Below, one piece after another: positions 1 to 8,335 of a stretch of DNA of 64,000 nucleotides (within the stretch, counting starts at the first letter, position 1; every line of letters starts with the position of its first letter). The notes under the pieces are model-generated. The model had not been told where the DNA came from. It saw nothing but the letters and a program-made list of their open reading frames with translations, and searched no databases. Source of the DNA: Pelagibacteraceae bacterium AG-426-I15 (GTDB taxonomy: Bacteria > Pseudomonadota > Alphaproteobacteria > Pelagibacterales > Pelagibacteraceae); the NCBI GenBank assembly GCA_003213135.1, contig QCNT01000004.1, positions 12,956-76,955 of the forward strand, read 5' to 3'. Position numbers and translations under genes: made by a program.

Positions 1-1535
1 CTTACAAAATAAAACTTTTTATTAATGAAGGTGACAGGTGTTTAATTTTATCAGAAAATAGACCCTACTGGTTAATATCTGACTTGGCCATCATGAATGC
101 TGGAGGAATATCTGTTCCAATATTTACAACCTATTCACCAAATGATTATGAATATATTTTAAATGATTGTAGACCATCATTAATAATTGTTTCAAACGAA
201 AGTCAATTTCAAAAAATTAAAAATTTTGTAAATCCAGAAGTTAAGAAAATAATATCCTTTGATAAAATCAAAACAGAAAGTTTATTAATTTCAGATATTT
301 TAAATGAGGAAAAATTTGAAAAAAAAATAAACAAAAATTTAAAAAGAAATACACCAGCATGTATAATTTATACCTCAGGAACCTCAGGAAACCCAAAAGG
401 AGTAGTTTTAAGTCATGGGGGCATTCTAGCAAATTGTGAAGGGGCTCAGGATATTCTTGATCCGTTAATAAAAAATAAAAGTCCAGTATTTTTAACATGG
501 CTTCCCCTTTCACATTCATATGAGCATGCCGTCCAATTCATACAAATACTACTTGGAGCAAAAGTTTTTTATGCAGAAAGTTTAGAAAAACTTATTTCAA
601 ATATGTCTCAGGCAAAACCAACCATTATGACAGCAGTTCCTAGATTTTATCAAAATTTATATAATAAAATTAACGCTAATTTTAATAAGCAATCAGGTTT
701 TAAAAAAACTCTTATAAATAAGACAATTATGTTAGGCAAAAAAGTATTAAAAAAAGAGAACTTAAAATTACACGAAAAAATAACAAATTTTCTTTGCCAA
801 ATTTTAGTACGAAAAAAAGTTCAAAAACAGTTTGGAGGAAATTTACAAGCCTTTGTCTCAGGTGGTGGCGCCCTAGATAAAAATGTTGGAGAATTTTTAA
901 ATGCGGTTGGGTTACCAACATTACAAGGTTACGGATTAACCGAAACTTCTCCAGTTGTTAGCTGTAATTTACCAGGAAATATAAAGATAGAAACTGTTGG
1001 CCCACCGTTTAAAACAAATAAAGTCAAAATAGCTGATGATGGTGAAATTTTAGTTAAAGGAGAAAACGTTATGCTTGGATATTGGAAAAAAGAAAAAGAG
1101 ACAATTGAAATATTAAAAGATGGTTGGTTGCACACTGGTGATATTGGAGAAATAGATTCTAATGGTTTCTTAAAAATTACCGACAGAAAAAAAGATATTA
1201 TTGTAAATCACGGCGGTGATAATATTTCTCCAAGTAAAATAGAAAATTTTCTTTGTAATAATGAAAAAATTAAACAGTGTTTAGTCTTTGGAGATAAAAA
1301 AAATTATTTAGTTGCTTTAATAGTTGTTGATGAGAAAGATAAAAACGATTCAACCATAAGAAGTATTCTTGAAAATTTAAATAAAAACTTATCTATTATT
1401 GAAAAAATTAAAAAATTTAAGTTAATAGTTGATGAATTTACTATTGAGAATGGTTTTATGACTCCAACATTAAAGTTGAAAAGAAAAAAGATTATTGAAA
1501 AATATAAACAAGATTTAGAAAAACTTTATAGCTAG
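1..1535 (+). CDS. AMP-dependent synthetase/ligase, long-chain acyl-CoA synthetase-like (5' end cut by window edge)
   Basis: The ORF-track frame stays open back to nt 3 (..GDRCLILSENRPYWLISDLAIMNAGGISVPIF..). AMP-binding motif IIYTSGTSGNPKGVVLSH is present, as is the C-terminal GWLHTGDIG..ITDRKKD motif. Confidence 0.85.
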   Translation, partial: YKIKLFINEGDRCLILSENRPYWLISDLAIMNAGGISVPIFTTYSPNDYEYILNDCRPSLIIVSNESQFQKIKNFVNPEVKKIISFDKIKTESLLISDILNEEKFEKKINKNLKRNTPACIIYTSGTSGNPKGVVLSHGGILANCEGAQDILDPLIKNKSPVFLTWLPLSHSYEHAVQFIQILLGAKVFYAESLEKLISNMSQAKPTIMTAVPRFYQNLYNKINANFNKQSGFKKTLINKTIMLGKKVLKKENLKLHEKITNFLCQILVRKKVQKQFGGNLQAFVSGGGALDKNVGEFLNAVGLPTLQGYGLTETSPVVSCNLPGNIKIETVGPPFKTNKVKIADDGEILVKGENVMLGYWKKEKETIEILKDGWLHTGDIGEIDSNGFLKITDRKKDIIVNHGGDNISPSKIENFLCNNEKIKQCLVFGDKKNYLVALIVVDEKDKNDSTIRSILENLNKNLSIIEKIKKFKLIVDEFTIENGFMTPTLKLKRKKIIEKYKQDLEKLYS

Positions 1536-1665
1536 AAATATTTTAGTACTTTAAAAAAAATTAATTAAAACCGTTGGTATTGCTTGTTTTTTATTAATCA
1601 AACTTTTATTTATTATTAAAAAATTATTTTAATTAATTTTTTAAAATTTGTTATTTAATTTATGT

Positions 1666-1697
1666 TTGACATCCATGTAAAAAAACTTAAATATAAA
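1666..1697 (+). promoter_or_regulatory. Candidate sigma70-type promoter for the microprotein unit
   Basis: TTGACA at 1666-1671. A/T-rich -10 candidates (AAATAT/ATATAA/TATAAA) lie 17-20 nt downstream at 1689-1697. It sits inside an unusually long non-coding gap. Confidence 0.35.
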
Positions 1698-1746
1698 AAT
1701 ATCAAACGAATCACTTAGATTTGTTTTTAAAAAAAGGGAGATAAAG

Positions 1747-1818
1747 ATGGCTAAAAGACGTAAAAAGAAAAAAGGTAAGAAAAAGAAGGCTAAAAAAAGA
1801 AGAAGAAGAAGAAGATAA
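1747..1818 (+). CDS. 23-aa poly-Lys/Arg microprotein MAKRRKKKKGKKKKAKKRRRRRR (hypothetical; below ORF-track length cutoff)
   Basis: ATG at 1747 is preceded by GGGAG (1736-1740) at 6-nt spacing. Stop TAA is at 1816-1818. A GC-rich hairpin terminator follows 13 nt downstream. Confidence 0.5.
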   Translation: MAKRRKKKKGKKKKAKKRRRRRR

Positions 1819-1831
1819 ATAGTTTTCTTAA

Positions 1832-1868
1832 AACGCCCTTTCCAAATCTCACGGAAGGGGCGTTTTTT
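1832..1868. terminator. Bidirectional rho-independent terminator between the microprotein ORF and convergent carD
   Basis: Stem AACGCCCTTTCC / GGAAGGGGCGTT with one G-U pair and a 9-nt loop. T6 follows on the + strand and TTTT on the - strand. The carD stop codon lies at the hairpin edge. Confidence 0.75.
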
Positions 1869-2532
1869 ATTCTGGTTCTATATTTTGATTTCTTCCTAAA
1901 GCTTTATCCATTTTTTTTCTTGATTCCTCAGTAGATATTTTTAAAACAGCCTCAAATTCGCTTTGAAGTCTTTCATATGCTTTTTCAAAAAGTTGTCTTT
2001 CACTATAAGATTGTTCAGCAATAGCATTCGAATTTTTGTTAAGATCTTTCACAACCTCTGCAAGTTCATAAATTTTACCAGAATTTATTTTTTGTTCATA
2101 TTCTTGCGAACGTCTACTCCACATTGTCCTTTTTATTTTTGGCTTACTTTTTAATATCGATACACATTTGTTAATTTGGTTTATTGAGGCTATAGGTCTT
2201 AAATTCGATTGTTGATTTATTGGGATTGTCAAAGTTAATTTATCTTTATCAATAAAAACTTTGTAAAAATTTATATCAATATCCCCAATAACAGCTTTTT
2301 CAATTGCCATGATTTTTCCTACACCATGTTTTGGGTAAACTACATGATCATTGAGATTATAAACTCTTTTTTCTGTAGGCTGTTTTTTAATCTTTTTTAT
2401 AACTATTTTTTCTTCATCCGCTGCACTTTTTTGTGAACTGCTTTGCTTTTTAACTTGTACAGCTAATTTCTTTTTTTTATTGATTTTCTTTAAATTGGTT
2501 TTTATTTTTGTTTTTTTATTTTTTTTTCTCAT
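1867..2532 (-). CDS. carD: CarD/CdnL-family RNA-polymerase-binding transcription factor with ~60-aa Lys-rich N-terminal extension
   Basis: HVVYPKHGVGKI..FYKV..LTLTIP..LRPI core and the C-terminal SYSERQLFEKA helix region are typical of CarD_CdnL_TRCF. It lies downstream of fdxA as in other alphaproteobacteria. Confidence 0.85.
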   Translation of the reverse strand: MRKKNKKTKIKTNLKKINKKKKLAVQVKKQSSSQKSAADEEKIVIKKIKKQPTEKRVYNLNDHVVYPKHGVGKIMAIEKAVIGDIDINFYKVFIDKDKLTLTIPINQQSNLRPIASINQINKCVSILKSKPKIKRTMWSRRSQEYEQKINSGKIYELAEVVKDLNKNSNAIAEQSYSERQLFEKAYERLQSEFEAVLKISTEESRKKMDKALGRNQNIEPE

Positions 2533-2540
2533 AAAAAAAT

Positions 2541-2882
2541 TTATTTTCCTGGGTTTTTAGAAAAATGTTCATTGAATTTATTTTTTATTTTTCTAAATTT
2601 TTCATTTTCAGGTAGTGGCTCCTTTCTCTTCGTAATATTAGGCCAAATTTTAGAATAATCCTTGTTAACCTCTAACCACTTATCCTTGTCTTCTCCTTTG
2701 TAATCAACATCCGCAACAATTGCATCGATCGGGCATTCAGGTTCACAAACCCCGCAATCTATACACTCGTCAGGATTTATTACAAGCATATTTTCTCCTT
2801 CGTAAAAGCAGTCGACCGGACAAACTTCTACACAATCAGTTAATTTACACTTTATACATTCATCTTTAACAATATATGTCAT
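2541..2882 (-). CDS. fdxA: 7Fe ferredoxin (3Fe-4S + 4Fe-4S), FdxA type
   Basis: [50 protein letters not shown] carries the classic FdxA cysteine pattern. Confidence 0.92.
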   Translation of the reverse strand: MTYIVKDECIKCKLTDCVEVCPVDCFYEGENMLVINPDECIDCGVCEPECPIDAIVADVDYKGEDKDKWLEVNKDYSKIWPNITKRKEPLPENEKFRKIKNKFNEHFSKNPGK

Positions 2883-3308
2883 ATTTTTTTTTCATTCAAA
2901 GCTTCTAGTTTTGCTTCACCAATTAATTTATCTTCCACATAAAGTAAACCTCCAATTCGTCTCATCAGCGTGCTTTCATACATATCAGATTTTCCATCTG
3001 ATAATATTATCTTCCACAAAATCTTTATTACTTCTTTCTTAAATTCTAAAGTATTTTTTTTTTATTTCTTGAGTAAATTTCAAAATCTGATTTGAATTCT
3101 GCTCTTCTAATTCTGCCTTGTTTACAATTTCTTCAATATTTTTTTTAACTCCAATAGATTTTAAAAAGTTAATTATAATCATTTTTTCGTTATCTGTATA
3201 ATTTTCATCTATTTTCGCAGCATGTATTAATAATGCAGTGATTTTAATAAAATCATTAACACTACTAGCGTTTTCTTTGTTTTCATTTTTATTAAATATA
3301 TCTAGCAT
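2879..3308 (-). pseudogene. TerB-family (tellurite-resistance TerB-like) protein, frame broken once in a coding-strand A10 run
   Basis: The N-half ORF 3039-3308 reads ALLIHAAKIDENYTDNEKMII. An unlisted C-half frame down to TGA 2881-2879 reads EVIKILWKIILSDGKSDMYESTLMRRIGGLLYVEDKLIGEAK. Together they give the two-repeat TerB layout of ~142 aa. The break is at T10 on the + strand, 3054-3063. Confidence 0.8.
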
Positions 3309-5779
3309 TATTTAAAACTTAACGACTCTAATTTTTTAAATGGATTATCATTTTTTTTAGCAAATTTTCTAAATTTTTTAATCTTTTTTTCACCTTTATA
3401 TACAAAAGTATTATCTTGATTCGCTCTATCTTTTTTATAATTCATATAGTCCATTAATTGAACAAAATTTTCTTTTTTACACCCCAAAAGGTTCATCATG
3501 CTGGAATCTATATCAAACTTTCCATTTTTGCTTTTTTCGATTATTTTTATGAAAAGTTTTTCAAGAATATCAACCCTTACATAAAAATTTTTAAATCTTT
3601 CAAAACCACAAAGTAACAAGAATTTTTCATTTAACTGTTTTTTTTGATCAACCACAAAATTCAACCCAGATTTAGGAATTTTATCTTTGAGTGTATTATT
3701 ACTAAAAAATTTCCATAGTAAAATTCTGAGACTTACTGCTTTAGGTTTTAGCATCTTCGGTAGGAAAACATGGTAACGGCCTAACTTTATACCTAGAGTT
3801 CTGAACTGTTTCCTTTCCTCTTTTGAAACTTTTTTTAAAATTTCTTCAACCCCTTTTCTTTTTAAAATTCCATTATTTTCATATAGTCTGAAAGCTGTTG
3901 CTCTTATATACTGATTATTATTTTTAAGTTTAATAAGATTTATTAAGTGTTCTAATTCTTCAGAAATATAAGCATTTAACCAGTTGCTTAAAAAAATAAA
4001 TAAGTTTTCCTGAGTTTTTTGATCAAGAGCATCATCTGCAATAATTTCTAAATCAGGAGCAAGATAATTTTTACCTTTACGAATTCTTGCAATCGGATTA
4101 TTTTTCCAATAAATTTTATAATCATCTCTTAAATCAACCTCCTTTTCATTAACAATATTATTTACTCTATTCTTTAGTTCTTCACTTATACCTTGCTTGG
4201 CAGCTTTTTTTAAAGATTTAATATCAGTATCCAAAGTTCCTTTTGTGAATTCCAAATTTAACTTTAAACCTTTTAGTTTTCCAACTAGTTGATTATCTAT
4301 AATAACTTCATTGTTTAAATTGATTTCTGTATTTAATTTTATATCTTGTTTGAGATTTCTGGATAAAACACTTATCCTCTTATCAATAAAACTTTTAGTA
4401 AGCTCATTATGTAATTTATCAGATAGATTATCTTCAATATTTTTACTTAATTGTATCCAATAATCTGCATTTTCTACCCAATTTTTTTTATTAGCTACAT
4501 AAGACCAAATTCTAACATTTGAAATTTTATTTGCTATCATATCAATATTTCCCTTATATTTTTCTAAACCCTTTAATTGTGCCTTCATGTAATCATTTGG
4601 AATTCTTTTTTTATTTGAACTTAAGAAATTAAAAACTTTAGAGACTACATCTATATGATTAAAAGATTTTTTTTGAAAATCAGGAATCTGGCAGCATTCC
4701 CATAATAATTTAAGGTTATTTTGTGACACTTTAAGTTTTTTATCCCGCAAAAGGTATTTCAAAACGTTTTCGTCAATTGAGTCTGAAATTTTAATAAAAT
4801 TTTTACTTTCCGACTTCTTTTCTAAAGATTTAATGAATTTTTCTGGACTACTAAAATCTAAATTTGAATTTCTCCAATAAAGAAATTTAATATCATCCAG
4901 TTTATGATTTTGAATTTTTTCAATCTCGTCAGGCTGCAAATTTTCACAATTACCTGTTACTCCGAAAGACCCGTCGACTTTATACCTGCCAGCTCTTCCA
5001 GCTATTTGTGAAATTTCAGTAGTTCTAAGTTTTCTTGTTTTTTTTCCGTCAAATTTTTTTAGGCTAGAAAAGCTTATTTGTTCAATATCCATATTAATTC
5101 CCATTCCTATTGCATCAGTTGCAACCAAATAATCAACATCACCAGATTGATATACTCCAACCTGAGAGTTTCTTGTTTTTGGACTCAAAGATCCCATAAC
5201 AACTGCCGCCCCTCCTTTTTGTCTCCTAACTAGTTCTGCAATTGCATAAACTTCCTCAATAGAAAAGGCAATCAAGGCGCTTTTTCTTTCCAACCTAGAA
5301 ATTTTTTTATGCCCATTATAAGAAAGTTTTGAGAAACGTTGTTGTTCAACAAATTTTGTTTCAGGTATTATTATTGAGATCATATCTTTCATAATTTGAG
5401 AACCAAGAAACATAGTTAATAATTCACCTCTTAAATTAAGCAATCTATCAGTAAAGATATGCCCTCTTTCTCGATCACCACACATTTGAATTTCATCAAC
5501 AGCAACAAAATCTACTAATTTATCTTTAGGCATTGCCTCAACTGTACAAATAAAATATTGAGCAGAGTTAGGAACAATTTTCTCTTCACCTGTTATTAGT
5601 GCAACTTTATTTTCTCCTACTTTACTAACGCACTTATCATAAACTTCTCTTGCCAATAATCTTAAAGGAAATCCAAAAATACCAGAATTAAATTCCAACA
5701 TTTTCTCAATGGCCATGAAGGTTTTACCGGTGTTTGTAGGCCCAAGAACTGCAATTATTTTACTTTGAGAGGTTTCCAT
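3308..5779 (-). CDS. ATP-dependent helicase, Suv3-like superfamily 2
   Basis: Walker A GPTNTGKT, DEIQ box, ATDAIGMGIN and QIAGRAGR motifs, followed by a long C-terminal extension. Its stop overlaps the TerB-like start (TAATG). Confidence 0.85.
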   Translation of the reverse strand: METSQSKIIAVLGPTNTGKTFMAIEKMLEFNSGIFGFPLRLLAREVYDKCVSKVGENKVALITGEEKIVPNSAQYFICTVEAMPKDKLVDFVAVDEIQMCGDRERGHIFTDRLLNLRGELLTMFLGSQIMKDMISIIIPETKFVEQQRFSKLSYNGHKKISRLERKSALIAFSIEEVYAIAELVRRQKGGAAVVMGSLSPKTRNSQVGVYQSGDVDYLVATDAIGMGINMDIEQISFSSLKKFDGKKTRKLRTTEISQIAGRAGRYKVDGSFGVTGNCENLQPDEIEKIQNHKLDDIKFLYWRNSNLDFSSPEKFIKSLEKKSESKNFIKISDSIDENVLKYLLRDKKLKVSQNNLKLLWECCQIPDFQKKSFNHIDVVSKVFNFLSSNKKRIPNDYMKAQLKGLEKYKGNIDMIANKISNVRIWSYVANKKNWVENADYWIQLSKNIEDNLSDKLHNELTKSFIDKRISVLSRNLKQDIKLNTEINLNNEVIIDNQLVGKLKGLKLNLEFTKGTLDTDIKSLKKAAKQGISEELKNRVNNIVNEKEVDLRDDYKIYWKNNPIARIRKGKNYLAPDLEIIADDALDQKTQENLFIFLSNWLNAYISEELEHLINLIKLKNNNQYIRATAFRLYENNGILKRKGVEEILKKVSKEERKQFRTLGIKLGRYHVFLPKMLKPKAVSLRILLWKFFSNNTLKDKIPKSGLNFVVDQKKQLNEKFLLLCGFERFKNFYVRVDILEKLFIKIIEKSKNGKFDIDSSMMNLLGCKKENFVQLMDYMNYKKDRANQDNTFVYKGEKKIKKFRKFAKKNDNPFKKLESLSFK

Positions 5780-5927
5780 TTATTTGTGCTATATTTTTTT
5801 TTAAATACTATATATAGATTGCCCGTGAGAACAAAAGAAGATTAAATCATGACCGAATCACTTTGTCAAACGTTCTATTTTTGCCATTTATCTTTAGTAA
5901 AATTTATTTTGTTTTAAGATCAAATAT

Positions 5928-7163
5928 ATGAAAGATTTTACAAAAAAAAATATTAAATCTTTAAAGCCTTCAGCAACTTTGGCAATAAATGAAAAATCAA
6001 AAGAACTAATTTCTAAAGGAAAAAAAGTTTATAAATTTGGTTTTGGCCAATCTCCCTTTCCAGTACCTAACTCAGTAATCTCAGCTTTAAAAAATAATGC
6101 TGATAAAAAAGATTATATGCCAATCCAGGGTTCATTATCGTTAAGACAATCTGTTGCAGAATATATAAACAAAAGAACATCGAATAATTTTAGTTCAGAA
6201 GATATTATTATCAGTCCTGGATCGAAGGAGTTAATGTTTTTATTGCACTTAGGTTTTGATGGCGAGATTTTATTACCCGCACCAAGTTGGGTATCATATG
6301 AACCTCACGCAATTATAGGGCAAAACAAATTTCACTGGATTGAAACTTCAGTAGAGAATAATTGGTTTCCTACATCTAATCAACTAGAACAAAAAGCCAA
6401 AGAATTAAAAAATAAAAATATAATTTTAATTCTTAATTCACCAAATAATCCGGCGGGATCAAGTTGTAAAAATTTTGAAGAAATTGCAAATATTGCAAAA
6501 AAAAATAATTTTATAATTTTATCAGACGAAATTTATACCGAACTTACTTTTAATCGAAAGTATAATTCTATTTCAAAATATTATCCTGAAGGCACCATAA
6601 TAAGTAGCGGTCTAAGTAAATGGTGTGGAGCAGGCGGTTGGAGGCTCGGGTTTTTTGCAGTACCAAAAAACTTAGGCCAAATACTTAAAATGTTAAAAAT
6701 ACTTGCAAGCGAGTCATTTACTGCAGTTAGCTCACCAATTCAGGCAGCAGCTATTGAAGCTTTCAAAGGCGATCATACAGAATATTTAAACAGTACAACT
6801 GGAATTTTAGATGCAGTAGGTAATTATGTTTACGAAAACTTAAAATCAAATAAAGTATTAATACAAAAGCCTGAGGGAGGTTTTTATTTGATGCCCGAAT
6901 TTTTAAATTCAAAGTTTAAAACATCCAAAGAAATGTGCGATAATATATTAGATAAATCTGGTGTCGCTTTATTACCCGGTTCAGATTTTGGTTTTAAACC
7001 TAATAAAATGTTAGCCAGGTTGAGTTATACAGACTTTGATGGAAAAACTTTTTTACAAAATATAGAAAGTGGTAAAAAACCAGATCATGAAAAGATTAAA
7101 AAGTTTGCACCAAATATTGTAGAGGGAACTAAAAGACTTATTGAATGGTCAAAAACTCTCTAA
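5928..7163 (+). CDS. Class I/II PLP-dependent aminotransferase (aspartate/aromatic aminotransferase-like)
   Basis: NSPNNPAGS, SDEIY and SGLSKW..GWRLGF (PLP-lysine region) motifs. Confidence 0.8.
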   Translation: MKDFTKKNIKSLKPSATLAINEKSKELISKGKKVYKFGFGQSPFPVPNSVISALKNNADKKDYMPIQGSLSLRQSVAEYINKRTSNNFSSEDIIISPGSKELMFLLHLGFDGEILLPAPSWVSYEPHAIIGQNKFHWIETSVENNWFPTSNQLEQKAKELKNKNIILILNSPNNPAGSSCKNFEEIANIAKKNNFIILSDEIYTELTFNRKYNSISKYYPEGTIISSGLSKWCGAGGWRLGFFAVPKNLGQILKMLKILASESFTAVSSPIQAAAIEAFKGDHTEYLNSTTGILDAVGNYVYENLKSNKVLIQKPEGGFYLMPEFLNSKFKTSKEMCDNILDKSGVALLPGSDFGFKPNKMLARLSYTDFDGKTFLQNIESGKKPDHEKIKKFAPNIVEGTKRLIEWSKTL

Positions 7164-7203
7164 TTTAAAGTTAATATTAACGTCCAAATTAAGCTATTTA
7201 CAC

Positions 7204-7232
7204 TTACATTACCTATTCCGAATTGGTAAAAT
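7204..7232 (+). promoter_or_regulatory. Candidate promoter of the TAXI-TRAP operon
   Basis: TTACAT (7204-7209), a 17-nt spacer, then TGgTAAAAT (extended -10, 7224-7232). A strong SD AAGGGGGG at 7243-7250 precedes ATG 7255. Confidence 0.4.
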
Positions 7233-7254
7233 TTAATTAACTAAGGGGGGAATT

Positions 7255-8259
7255 ATGAAAAAAATAATCTCAACAATCTCAGCTGCAATTATGCTTTTTG
7301 CATTGTCTTTACCGATGATGTCAGTAGCAAAAGCTGCTGAGTTTTTTACAATTGGAACAGGTGGACCAACTGGAGTTTATTTCCAAACTGGTAACGCCAT
7401 TTGTAAAATGTTACATAAACAAGCTATAAGTGCTGAGCACGGAAGAAAAAAAGGTACAAACAAAGCATATAGATGTACCGCACCTTCAACTGGTGGATCA
7501 AACTATAATATTGGTCAAATCAAAGCAGGTGAGTTTCAATTTGGTGTTGCCCAGTCAGACTGGCAGTTCCATGCTTATAATGGTTCAAGCAAATGGGAAG
7601 GAAAGCAGTTCGGAGACTTAAGAGCTGTGTTTTCTGTTCACAATGAACCTTTTCAAATTTGGGCTAGTAAAAAATCTAAAATTAAAGATTTTAAGAGCTT
7701 AAAAGGAAAAACAGTAAACATTGGTAACCCAGGTTCTGGTCAAAGAGGAACTATGGAAGAATTAATGAAAGCCATGGGAGCAGATATGAGCATGTTCAAA
7801 GCAACTACAGAACTTACTTCATCTGAACAAGTAAAAGCTCTTTGTGATGGAAAAATAGATGCATTCGGATATTCAGTAGGATTTCCTAATGGTGCTATGG
7901 AGCAAGCAGCAACTTGTAAAGCAAAAGCTAGCCCAATTAATTTAACTGGTGCGCCAGTTCAAGGTTTAATTGATGGAGCTGACTATTATGCTAAAGCTGT
8001 AATTCCAAAAGGGACTTACTCAAATCAGAAAAAAGACGCTACAACGTTCGGTGTAAAAGCTACTGTTGTAACAAGTGCTAATGTTTCTGAAGAGCTTGTG
8101 TACTTAGTAACAAAAGCAGTTATGGAAAACTTTGATGATTTCAGAGCTCAACATCCCGCTTTTGCACCACTGGAAAAGAAAAATATGATAGCTGATGGTT
8201 TATCAGCTCCATTACATCCAGGTGCTGCTAAGTATTATAAAGAAGCTGGCTTGATGTAA
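7255..8259 (+). CDS. TRAP transporter solute-binding protein, TAXI family
   Basis: Signal peptide followed by FFTIGTGGPTGVYFQTGNAIC, plus the C-terminal PLHPGAAKYYKE motif typical of TAXI receptors. Confidence 0.88.
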   Translation: MKKIISTISAAIMLFALSLPMMSVAKAAEFFTIGTGGPTGVYFQTGNAICKMLHKQAISAEHGRKKGTNKAYRCTAPSTGGSNYNIGQIKAGEFQFGVAQSDWQFHAYNGSSKWEGKQFGDLRAVFSVHNEPFQIWASKKSKIKDFKSLKGKTVNIGNPGSGQRGTMEELMKAMGADMSMFKATTELTSSEQVKALCDGKIDAFGYSVGFPNGAMEQAATCKAKASPINLTGAPVQGLIDGADYYAKAVIPKGTYSNQKKDATTFGVKATVVTSANVSEELVYLVTKAVMENFDDFRAQHPAFAPLEKKNMIADGLSAPLHPGAAKYYKEAGLM

Positions 8260-8282
8260 AAATATTTACATTTTAAATTAAA

Positions 8283-8313
8283 AAGGCCCAATATTTATTG
8301 GGCCTTTTTTTTT
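8283..8313 (+). terminator. Intra-operon rho-independent terminator/attenuator after the TAXI receptor gene
   Basis: AGGCCCAAT-ATTT-ATTGGGCCT perfect 9-bp stem followed by T8-9. Confidence 0.8.
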
Positions 8314-8335
8314 AGAATAATGTATCTTAATTAAA

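Noticed and set aside
1536-1665. Extremely AT-rich 130 bp downstream of the acyl-CoA synthetase gene, considered as a possible small RNA or origin-like AT tract.
   Set aside because: I saw no stable stem-loops, DnaA-box-like 9-mers or conserved motifs. It is most simply the UP-element or promoter-upstream region of the microprotein unit.
5849-5917. 22-codon ORF (MTESLCQTFYFCHLSLVKFILF) just upstream of the aminotransferase gene, considered as a possible leader peptide.
   Set aside because: It has no convincing SD, no attenuator-like alternative hairpins and no run of regulatory codons. It is most likely a chance ORF in a divergent promoter region.
7430-7621. 63-aa alternative-frame ORF inside the TAXI receptor gene, and a 95-aa antisense ORF at 8914-9201 in the permease gene.
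   Set aside because: Both are nested in well-supported genes. They have no independent signals.
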